From: Patescibacteria group bacterium
Lineage (GTDB): Bacteria; Patescibacteriota; Patescibacteriia; SG8-24; DYFX01
Direction: 5' to 3'
DNA: 64,000 bases
Assembly (NCBI GenBank): GCA_038062835.1
Contig: JBBTWH010000006.1
Span: 60 to 64,059, forward strand
The notes beneath the pieces were generated by a model. That model ran no database searches. It saw only the letters and a list, made by a program, of their open reading frames with translations, and had not been told where the DNA came from. The first letter of the stretch is position 1; each line of letters opens with the position of its first letter. This document shows, one piece after another, positions 56,123 through 64,000 of the stretch. A program made the translations under genes and the position numbers.

Positions 56123-56863
56123 ATGACCGCGATCAAGCTCGATCCTGTCGTACTCTACAAGCTGCTCTTCGAAGCGTCCTCGCCCGACGAGTGGCGCCTG
56201 ATCTCCGCCAACCTCAAGAACGCGACGTGCGTCGTCAAAAACGCGCAGATCGGCCCGGTGTTCGATACCCGCTACGAACTGCTGGCGGATCTTGAAACCC
56301 CCGTGACGCTCAAGTCGCTGCTGGGAATGGACGCCACGGCCGATGGCCTGACGCTCATCTTCGCCCAGGGCGAGGAGCGTCACGAGCTGGTCTTGTCAAA
56401 ATCGGACAAGCTGTCCGTCGATTACGCCTGCGACTCCTGCGACACGGTGGTCATCCACGGACCGAAGACCAAGCAAGAGCATGTCAAGAAGGCCGAAGGC
56501 GGCGGCATGCGTACGGTCGGGTACATCGGTCCGCTTCTCACGCTGAGGCACCAAGCTCGCTATAACGCGCGGCTCGAGGCGATGCGCAAGGCCGACGAAG
56601 CGGCGCGTGCTGAAACGGAGGCGCGACGCAAGGAGGAAGAAGGGCGGGTGGAGGCCGCTCGCCAGGCGTACGTCCAGGCCGCTCTCGAAACGCTCCTCAA
56701 GAGCGTCCGCGGAGCGATAATCGAGGACGCCCACATCGATGGCGGTGGCGGCGTCGTCATCACGTTCAGCGATGGACGAAAGATGACGCTCGATGTGCTA
56801 TCGGAGTACTCCTACGGCGCCGAGCTCAGCATCGACATCGACGGCGCTTTCGTGAAGCTCTAG
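56123..56863 (+). CDS. hypothetical protein
   Basis: SD AAGGAGG; TTGACA-17-TATCCT promoter. Confidence 0.7.
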   Translation: MTAIKLDPVVLYKLLFEASSPDEWRLISANLKNATCVVKNAQIGPVFDTRYELLADLETPVTLKSLLGMDATADGLTLIFAQGEERHELVLSKSDKLSVDYACDSCDTVVIHGPKTKQEHVKKAEGGGMRTVGYIGPLLTLRHQARYNARLEAMRKADEAARAETEARRKEEEGRVEAARQAYVQAALETLLKSVRGAIIEDAHIDGGGGVVITFSDGRKMTLDVLSEYSYGAELSIDIDGAFVKL

Positions 56864-57014
56864 CGCGATCAGCCGTCCGGCGCATTCCCATGTGGAATGC
56901 GCCGTTTATCTTTTCAGGACCTTCTACGCCGACCCTTGCCGAAACCGAGGATTCATGGTGTAGTGCGCGCGCTCGTCGCACCTTCTGGCCGCGCCGAATA
57001 GCAAGGAGGCTATC

Positions 57015-58037
57015 GTGCCGCAAACGCAAGAACGTACCGCTGAACGACGCATCGATTGGGGTCATTCGACCCCCATGCTCCTCATCCACCTGGCGCCGCT
57101 CCTGGCCATCTGGACGGGCGCGAGCTGGACCGACTGGACCGTCTGCATCGCCCTGTACTGGTCGCGGATGTTCTTCCTCACCGCCGGCTATCACCGCTAC
57201 TTCGCCCATCGCGCCTACAAGACCTCGCGCGCCATGCAGTTCCTGCTGGCGCTCGGAGGCGCCACCGCCGGGAACAAGGGCGTGCTCTGGTGGTCCGCGA
57301 ACCATCGTGACCACCACACGCACTCCGACACGGACAAGGACATCCACTCGCCGACCCGCGGCTTCTGGTGGGCGCATATCGTCTGGATCCTGTGCGGCAT
57401 GCACAAGGAGACCAAGTACGACCGCGTGAAGGACCTCGCGAGGTATCCGGAGATCCGCTGGCTGGACCGATGGTGGATCGTACCCATCACGGCCATGGCG
57501 TTCTTCACCCTCTGGCTCGGAGGCCTGAGCTGCCTGCTCATCGGGTTCTTCCTGTCCACGGTCGTCCTCTTGCACTCGGTGTTCACCATCAACTCGCTGG
57601 CGCACGTCTGGGGCAGCCGCCGCTTCGACACGAAGCGGGACGGCAGCCGCAACAACGTGCTCCTCGCCATCACCACGATGGGCGAGGGGTGGCACAACAA
57701 CCACCACCACGTGCAGGCGTCCGCCCGCCAGGGTTTCTACTGGTGGGAGATCGACTGCAGCTGGTACGTCCTCAAGATGATGTCGTGGTGCGGCCTCGTC
57801 TGGGACCTGGTGGAGCCGACGAAGAGCCAGCTCGAACGCGACCGTATCAGACCCGGCGTGATGGACCGCGGGAGCGAAGCCTACCGCCAAGCCCGGCAGC
57901 GCATCCGCGACGCCAAACGGGAGGCGAAGCGCTCCTGGAACAAGAAGAAGCAGCGGCTTTCCGACGCCTACGCCTCGGCCAAAGAAGCCGCCGCGGATGC
58001 CGTCCAGCCTGCCGACAAGATCGGAACCGACCTCTGA
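57015..58037 (+). CDS. acyl-CoA (delta-9-like) fatty acid desaturase
   Basis: His boxes HRYFAH, HRDHH, GEGWHNNHH; GTG start with SD AAGGAGG. Confidence 0.92.
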   Translation: MPQTQERTAERRIDWGHSTPMLLIHLAPLLAIWTGASWTDWTVCIALYWSRMFFLTAGYHRYFAHRAYKTSRAMQFLLALGGATAGNKGVLWWSANHRDHHTHSDTDKDIHSPTRGFWWAHIVWILCGMHKETKYDRVKDLARYPEIRWLDRWWIVPITAMAFFTLWLGGLSCLLIGFFLSTVVLLHSVFTINSLAHVWGSRRFDTKRDGSRNNVLLAITTMGEGWHNNHHHVQASARQGFYWWEIDCSWYVLKMMSWCGLVWDLVEPTKSQLERDRIRPGVMDRGSEAYRQARQRIRDAKREAKRSWNKKKQRLSDAYASAKEAAADAVQPADKIGTDL

Positions 58038-58129
58038 ACGCGCCTCCCCGCTCGGGCGGCGCTTTTTTGCAGCCAGGGCCAAAGGCTTGAACAATCTGCC
58101 TTAAACGGATAGGCTGAACCTACATTCCT

Positions 58130-59554
58130 ATGCGCAGAAATCAGCTGACCTTCGCCGTCATCCTCCTACCGCTGGACTACCTGGCCCTGCTCGCGGCAGC
58201 CGTCACGGCGCACCGCCTCCGCTTCGAGACGCTCGTCGATCTCCGGCCGGCCATCTCGCTGCTCCCCTACCCGGAATTCCTGAAGGCCGCCATGCTGCTC
58301 GCCCTGGGCTACCTGGCGATTTTCGCGCTGAGCGGCCTCTACGCCATCGAGCGTCCGCGCCGCATCCTCGAGGAATCGGTGAAGGTCATCTCCGCCTGCA
58401 CGCTCGGCGTGATGGGCCTCATCATCCTCATCTTCTTCCGCGGCGAACTCTTCACCTCGCGCTTCGTCGTCCTCGCCGCCTGGCTGCTCTCGATCGCCTA
58501 CGTCATCGCCGCCCGCCTGCTCGTGCGCCTCGCCAACCGCCACCTGCTCAAGCGCGGCATCGGCGCCCGCCGCGCCATCGTCGTCGGCGGCAGCGACCGC
58601 GCGACCGAAGCGATCGTCGCGGAGTTCACGCGCAACCCCGAGCTCGGCTACCGCATCGTGAAGCGCTTCCCGCGCTGGGACGCGGCGGCGGCGGCCGAGG
58701 CTTCCGCCATCTGCGAAAAGGACGGGGCCGAGGAGCTCTTCGTCACCGACCCCGATACCGGCAAGGAAGCGATGCAGTCGCTCGTCGAATTCGCCGAAGA
58801 CCGGCACTTGACCTTCCGCTACGCCGCCGACACCCTGGCCGCCCACGCGGCGCTGATGTCTACGACCATCGCCGGCATCCCCGTCATCGAAGTGAAGCGC
58901 ACGCGCCTCGAAGGCTGGGGCCGCGTCTACAAGCGCGTCTTCGACATCGTCTCTTCGCTCGTCCTCATCATCCTGACCTCGCCGGTCATGCTGGTCGCCG
59001 CCGTCGCGGTGGTCATCGACTCGCGCGGCCCCGTCATCTTCAGGAACGAGCGCGTCGGCCACGAAGGCCGCAAGTTCAAGGCCTACAAGTTCCGCTCGAT
59101 GCGCTCCGACCTCTCGGTGGGCGAACAGTTCGCCGGCCAGCAGGCCGCTCTCGACCTTGAGCGGAAGCTCATAGAAGAGCGCGGCATCAAAGCCGGCCCC
59201 GTCTACAAGATCAAGGACGACCCGCGCGTGACGCGCGTCGGGAAATTCATCCGTCGCTTCTCCATCGACGAGCTGCCGCAGTTCTTCAACGTGCTGATCG
59301 GCGACATGAGCCTCGTCGGCCCGCGCCCGCACCAGCCGCGCGAAGTCGAGAAGTACGAGCGGCATCACCGCCGCGTGCTGATGATCCGCCCCGGCATCAC
59401 CGGCCTGGCGCAGGTCTCCGGCCGTTCCGACCTCTCCTTCGAGGACGAGGTGCGCCTCGACACCTTCTACATCGAGAACTGGACGCCCCTCATGGACGTC
59501 GCCGTCGTCCTCAAGACCCCGCTCGCCGTCTTCTCCAAGAAGGGCGCGTACTGA
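58130..59554 (+). CDS. priming sugar transferase (WcaJ/CpsE-like)
   Basis: [32 protein letters not shown]. Confidence 0.93.
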   Translation: MRRNQLTFAVILLPLDYLALLAAAVTAHRLRFETLVDLRPAISLLPYPEFLKAAMLLALGYLAIFALSGLYAIERPRRILEESVKVISACTLGVMGLIILIFFRGELFTSRFVVLAAWLLSIAYVIAARLLVRLANRHLLKRGIGARRAIVVGGSDRATEAIVAEFTRNPELGYRIVKRFPRWDAAAAAEASAICEKDGAEELFVTDPDTGKEAMQSLVEFAEDRHLTFRYAADTLAAHAALMSTTIAGIPVIEVKRTRLEGWGRVYKRVFDIVSSLVLIILTSPVMLVAAVAVVIDSRGPVIFRNERVGHEGRKFKAYKFRSMRSDLSVGEQFAGQQAALDLERKLIEERGIKAGPVYKIKDDPRVTRVGKFIRRFSIDELPQFFNVLIGDMSLVGPRPHQPREVEKYERHHRRVLMIRPGITGLAQVSGRSDLSFEDEVRLDTFYIENWTPLMDVAVVLKTPLAVFSKKGAY

Positions 59555-59555
59555 T

Positions 59556-60713
59556 ATGAAGATCGCCCTCGTCCACGATCATCTGGTGCAGGACGGCGGC
59601 GCCGAAAAGGTCCTGTTGGCCCTGCAGGAGGTCTTCCCGGGCGCGCCGACTTTCACGCTGCTTTACGACCCGAAGCGCGTGAGCGGCGACTTCGCGTCCA
59701 AGGAGATCCGCACGTCCTTCCTCCAGAAGCTCCCCTTCGTGCTACGGAAGTACCAGTGGGTGCTGCCGCTCATGCCGGCCGCCACCGAAGCGCACGATCT
59801 CTCCTCGTTCGACGTCGTCATCTCGAGCTCGAGTGCCTTCGCCAAGGGCGTCATCACCAGACCAGGCGCCATCCATATCTGCTACTGCCACACGCCGACG
59901 CGCTACCTTTGGAGCGACACGCACAGCTACGTGCAGGAGTTGAAGGCGCCCGGCATCCTTAAAGCCGCGCTCCCTTTCCTGCTCAACAGGCTGCGCGTCT
60001 GGGACCGGCTGTCCGCCGACCGCGTCGACCGTTTCATCGCCAACTCCGCGACCGTCGCCGGCCGCATCCGCAAATATTACGATCGCGGTTCCGACGTGAT
60101 CCATCCGCCCGTCGAGACCGGGAAGTTCTCCGTTTCCGGAACGCCCGGTAAATATTTCCTCGCAGGCGGGCGTCTCGTCTCCTATAAGCGCTTCGACCTG
60201 GTGATCCAGGCCTTCAATCGCACGGGCCTCCCGCTCAAGATATTCGGAGACGGTCCGCTCGCGTCCGAGTACCGTAAGCTCGCGCGCTCCAACATAGAAT
60301 TCGCCGGCAAGGTGGATGACGCGGCCAAAGCCGAGCTGTATCGGAACGCCATCGCCTTCATCCATCCTCAAGAGGAGGATTTCGGCATCACCGCGCTCGA
60401 ATCGATGGCCTCGGGACGCCCCGTCATCGCCTACCGCAAAGGCGGCGCGCTCGAGACGATCATAGAGGGCGTGACGGGAGAGTTCTTCGACGACCAGGAG
60501 TGGGAGGAGCTCGCGACCGCCGTCATCCGTTTCGACGCGTCGAAGTATGATCCGCGCGAGATACGCGAGCACGCCGAAGCCTTCGACGTGAAGACATTCA
60601 AGCGTCGCGTCGCCGCCTACGTCGCCGAGGCATGGAAATCCTCGAAAACGCGGACGCCGCCGGAGCGCGCCGCTCGGGCCCAAGAATCAGCACGTGAACT
60701 CCAAAACGCATGA
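59556..60713 (+). CDS. GT4 glycosyltransferase
   Basis: VHDHL..GGAEKV, EEDFGITALESMASG. Confidence 0.92.
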   Translation: MKIALVHDHLVQDGGAEKVLLALQEVFPGAPTFTLLYDPKRVSGDFASKEIRTSFLQKLPFVLRKYQWVLPLMPAATEAHDLSSFDVVISSSSAFAKGVITRPGAIHICYCHTPTRYLWSDTHSYVQELKAPGILKAALPFLLNRLRVWDRLSADRVDRFIANSATVAGRIRKYYDRGSDVIHPPVETGKFSVSGTPGKYFLAGGRLVSYKRFDLVIQAFNRTGLPLKIFGDGPLASEYRKLARSNIEFAGKVDDAAKAELYRNAIAFIHPQEEDFGITALESMASGRPVIAYRKGGALETIIEGVTGEFFDDQEWEELATAVIRFDASKYDPREIREHAEAFDVKTFKRRVAAYVAEAWKSSKTRTPPERAARAQESARELQNA

Positions 60714-61330
60714 GACTCCCGTCCTTCGCCGCCGCGTCCGCAAAGCCGTTCCGACTCGTCGTCCGTACCGCTCTCGCCGGCGCGCTGATCGGTTCCGTCC
60801 TCTCCTCGATCGCGCCGGCGCGGACGACGGTTTCCCTGTCGTTCACCGTCGCCCAGCAGGCGCGGCAGGCCACGGCCGATTACGCCTATGACGGCTACTA
60901 CGCCCTGCGCGCCGCCGAGCTGGTTTCCGATACGCTGATCAGCTGGCTCTCGACGCCATCGATCATCAAGGAGATATACGCTTCCTCCGGACATGACGTT
61001 TCCGACGACGAGGCTCTCGCTCTGGCTGGCCGCGCGTTCCGCGCCAAGAAATTCTCGAGCCAGAACGTCGTCGTCTCCTTCTCCGCCTCCGACCCCGCCG
61101 CCGCCGCTGACGTAGCGTCATCGGCTTCCGAAGTCCTTTCGGCTCGCGTCGGCGGCCTGGCGCGAGGCGCGGACGGATTTTCCCTCTTCTACGTCCTCGC
61201 AGGCGCGCCGGTCATCGCCAGCTCCTCCGCCGGTCCGGCCGCTGCGGGCGCGGCCGGACTCTTCGTCGGCGCGTTCCTGGGATTCGCTTTCGCCTACGCC
61301 GCCCGCACTGCGAAAAACCCGCAGCCTTGA
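60710..61330 (+). CDS. Wzz/YveK-like chain-length determinant
   Basis: N- and C-terminal TMs, YDGYY; EPS gene context. Confidence 0.6.
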   Translation: MRLPSFAAASAKPFRLVVRTALAGALIGSVLSSIAPARTTVSLSFTVAQQARQATADYAYDGYYALRAAELVSDTLISWLSTPSIIKEIYASSGHDVSDDEALALAGRAFRAKKFSSQNVVVSFSASDPAAAADVASSASEVLSARVGGLARGADGFSLFYVLAGAPVIASSSAGPAAAGAAGLFVGAFLGFAFAYAARTAKNPQP

Positions 61331-61442
61331 GGCTGCGGGCAGAGAGCGGATCGCTCCCGTGGAATTTCGGTTCGGTGGCGGCTGACGGACTCTCCTTCGC
61401 GCGAACGCCTGACATGCAGATCGGCAACCTCCTGCTTCCAGC

Positions 61443-62603
61443 ATGACCCAAGACACGGGAACTCTCAATCCGATACTGCTGATCGACGGCCGAGCCCTGT
61501 TGGACCCGGCCGGCGGAGGCGTCTTTGAATACGCGCGGCGGCTGACCGGAGCGCTCAAGACCTCCGGCCGATTCGATTGCCGGTCATGGGCCAACGCCTG
61601 GCACGGCGGGGCGGCCGCGGACGTCGATGTCCTGACGCGCGCGCCCAACAAGCTGCTGCACGCCTCGATGCGCTTCGCCGGACATCCGACGATTTCCGCT
61701 CTGGCCGGAACGCGGCCATCGGTCCTCTGGATGCCGAACGCGCACTTCGCGCCGGAAGAACCCGGCGTCCCGCTCGTCCTCACGGTCCACGATCTCTCCT
61801 GCGAACTCTACCCGGAATTCTTTTCCGTCAAACAGCGCCTCTGGCATCGCGCGGTCGATCCTCGCGCGCTCGCGCGCCGCGCGTCCGCCATCTTGGCCGT
61901 CTCGGAGACCACGAAACGTGACGTCATCGCGCGCTGGGGCATCGCGCCGGAACTGGTTACGGTCACGTACGAAGGTTCACCTGCCGTTTTTTCATCTGAC
62001 GTAAAAGTATCAGATACTCCGGAGGCGGATGACGAAGTCAGGACGCGCCTGCGGCTTCCGGAGCGCTTCATCCTGCACGTCGGCGCGCTTGAGCCGCGCA
62101 AGAACCATCTCGGCCTGCTCGACGCGTACCACCAGCTTCGGCCTCAGGCGCGCTTCAACCGTCTTGGCCTTGTCCTGGCCGGTCCGTCCGGCTGGAACAA
62201 CGCCGCTATCTTACGCGCCATCCGCCGAAGCCCGTACCGAGATGACATCCGCCTGCTCGGCTACGTCACGGAATCGGACCGCGCCGCGCTCTATCGCCTG
62301 GCGTCCGTTTTCGCGTTCCCCTCCTTTTATGAAGGCTTCGGACTTCCGCCTCTCGAAGCCATGGCGGCGGGACTCCCCGTCGTCGCGTCCCATGCGGGCG
62401 CGGTCGGAGAAGTCGTCGGCGACGCCGGCGTGCTGACGGACCCCTACCGCCCTTCGGAACTCGCCGACGCCCTGGCGGCCGTCCTCGACTCCCTTTCGCT
62501 CGCGTCCCTCTATGCCGAGCGCGGACGCGAGCGAGCTCGCCGGTTCGATTGGGATTCTTGCGCCAAAAAAACGGAGGACGCGGTCGCCCGTACCCTCCGT
62601 TGA
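61443..62603 (+). CDS. GT4 glycosyltransferase
   Basis: TVHDL, EPRKN, FPSFYEGFGLPPLEAMA. Confidence 0.92.
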   Translation: MTQDTGTLNPILLIDGRALLDPAGGGVFEYARRLTGALKTSGRFDCRSWANAWHGGAAADVDVLTRAPNKLLHASMRFAGHPTISALAGTRPSVLWMPNAHFAPEEPGVPLVLTVHDLSCELYPEFFSVKQRLWHRAVDPRALARRASAILAVSETTKRDVIARWGIAPELVTVTYEGSPAVFSSDVKVSDTPEADDEVRTRLRLPERFILHVGALEPRKNHLGLLDAYHQLRPQARFNRLGLVLAGPSGWNNAAILRAIRRSPYRDDIRLLGYVTESDRAALYRLASVFAFPSFYEGFGLPPLEAMAAGLPVVASHAGAVGEVVGDAGVLTDPYRPSELADALAAVLDSLSLASLYAERGRERARRFDWDSCAKKTEDAVARTLR

Positions 62604-62608
62604 TCCGA

Positions 62609-63601
62609 TCATTCGTCGAGGCTGATCGAGCCTCCGATGTCCTTCAGCACCGAGCGGTCATAGGCCGTCGCTGCGGGGTCGTAGTAGAACGCCACGCGCA
62701 GGTTCACGCCGTACTGCAGAAGGAAGAACTCGTCAGACGTACCGCCGTCGCCGTTCGACATCGTGACGGCGCCGCGCCGGCCCGTCTCTCCGAGATTGAA
62801 GGCCGAGAGGATCTCGATGCGGCCGCCCTTGCCGGTGACGTTGACACGGCCGGCGAACGGCGTGGTCACGCGGTAGTCTTCCGGGTATTGGAGGCGGAGC
62901 GGGCTCTGGGTGAAGAGCTTCCATCCGGGTTTGATCGCGATTTCCTGACGCTCCCGCGGAGCCAGGCGCATCGTGTCGATGATGCCGAGCGCCAGCGTTT
63001 CGGCGCCGTCGACGACGGCGGTATACGTGACGGTGATCTCGCGGTCGTTGCGCCCGTCGTCGACGTGGATGACCTGGACAGAATCGATCTCGCCGGCAGG
63101 ATCGGTGTAGCCGATGGCGGCGCGACCGACCGCGGTGAAACGCCGGTAGCCCCCGTACTGCGGGAACGGCTTCGCGTAATAGCGGCTGAAGCCGGTGGCC
63201 GGACCGATGTGCACGCGCACGCTCGTGTCATAGACGGCGTTGGCCGTAGCGATGGCCTCGGCGTCCGGTCGGCGCGCGACCCGTATCTCGACGTCATCGG
63301 AGGAAGTCACGACGCGCTCGACGGCGAAGTAGCCGGCAGGAAGATCGAAAGACGTCTTCCAGACGGCGTTGTCGTACCGCACGGGAACTCCTGCTTCGGT
63401 GGCCACCCGGCAGGATCGGGCGGACGCCTCCAGCAAGGCGAAGACGCGGCGGCTTTCGGATTCCACCCTCCACGCGTTCCAGGCGACGAAACCGAGGAAC
63501 GCAAAGTCGATGACCACGACGACGACGATCGTCCAGGCGGCGGCTGACTCAAGAGAGCGCGAACGTCCGAATTGATAGAACCGCCCGTTGTTTTCCTCCA
63601 T
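62609..63601 (-). CDS. hypothetical membrane-anchored protein
   Basis: SD AGGAGG before MEENNG; one TM. Confidence 0.7.
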   Translation of the reverse strand: MEENNGRFYQFGRSRSLESAAAWTIVVVVVIDFAFLGFVAWNAWRVESESRRVFALLEASARSCRVATEAGVPVRYDNAVWKTSFDLPAGYFAVERVVTSSDDVEIRVARRPDAEAIATANAVYDTSVRVHIGPATGFSRYYAKPFPQYGGYRRFTAVGRAAIGYTDPAGEIDSVQVIHVDDGRNDREITVTYTAVVDGAETLALGIIDTMRLAPRERQEIAIKPGWKLFTQSPLRLQYPEDYRVTTPFAGRVNVTGKGGRIEILSAFNLGETGRRGAVTMSNGDGGTSDEFFLLQYGVNLRVAFYYDPAATAYDRSVLKDIGGSISLDE

Positions 63602-63640
63602 ATTCCTCCTTACGTTACGTTCAAGACCAGTATACATCGT

Positions 63641-64000
63641 TTAGCCGCCGAGTTCCTCCGTACCGCTGCCTGAGCCGGTTTCTTCGGTGCCGGATCCAGG
63701 ATCAGCGCCGGTCGGCTCTGGTTCGGACGCCGCCTCCGCGACAGGTGCTTCTTCCTGCGCAGGCCGGCGATCTTCGACGCCGACGATCCAATATTCGAAC
63801 GGCAGGTCTCCGACAGCCGGCGCGGTGAGATGCACGGTGAAATCGCCTTCGCCCTTTTCCGCGATCCAGTATCCGCCCTTCGGATCGCCGAGGAATGAGA
63901 TGAAGACCCTGGAGTTCGGCTTCATGGCCTGGTTAACGATGACGGCGGCGGTGTATCCGTCTTTGATGACGCCTTCCGAAGTCGACGAGCGGTCTTCAGA
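63641..64000 (-). CDS. C-terminus of a protein extending beyond the window
   Basis: Frame open to the window edge; SRVFISF...FEYWIV beta domain plus acidic tail. Confidence 0.7.
   Translation of the reverse strand, partial: SEDRSSTSEGVIKDGYTAAVIVNQAMKPNSRVFISFLGDPKGGYWIAEKGEGDFTVHLTAPAVGDLPFEYWIVGVEDRRPAQEEAPVAEAASEPEPTGADPGSGTEETGSGSGTEELGG

Overview
High-GC bacterial chromosome segment that looks like Patescibacteria/CPR (inference from the tRNA-Ile(UAU), CPR-type pilins, DsbA paralogs, archaeal-type cmk and no biosynthetic pathways). Housekeeping genes: argS, tyrS, valS, trpS, uvrA, rplS, an RluA-family synthase, cmk, secG, rnj and rnpB, plus five tRNAs. Accessory content: a copper-resistance cluster, an EPS glycosyltransferase cluster, a RaSEA-like radical SAM/GNAT divergent pair and an array of small membrane-anchored hypotheticals. 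The main unexplained signals are non-coding. (1) At 37964-38552, two tandem modules each run promoter -> atypical tRNA-like RNA -> second promoter -> short RNA with ~24 nt complementary to that module's own D-arm/anticodon arm -> terminator; the two antisense segments differ but each matches its partner. (2) A 136-nt structured RNA with compensatory changes sits directly 5' of two different tRNAs (52-187 and 47805-47940). (3) CCACGTAAA...TTTACGTG hairpin trailers start at tRNA CCA ends. (4) Palindromic repeats are inserted in frame in argS, valS, uvrA and a copper gene. All family calls are by eye; no database searches were run.
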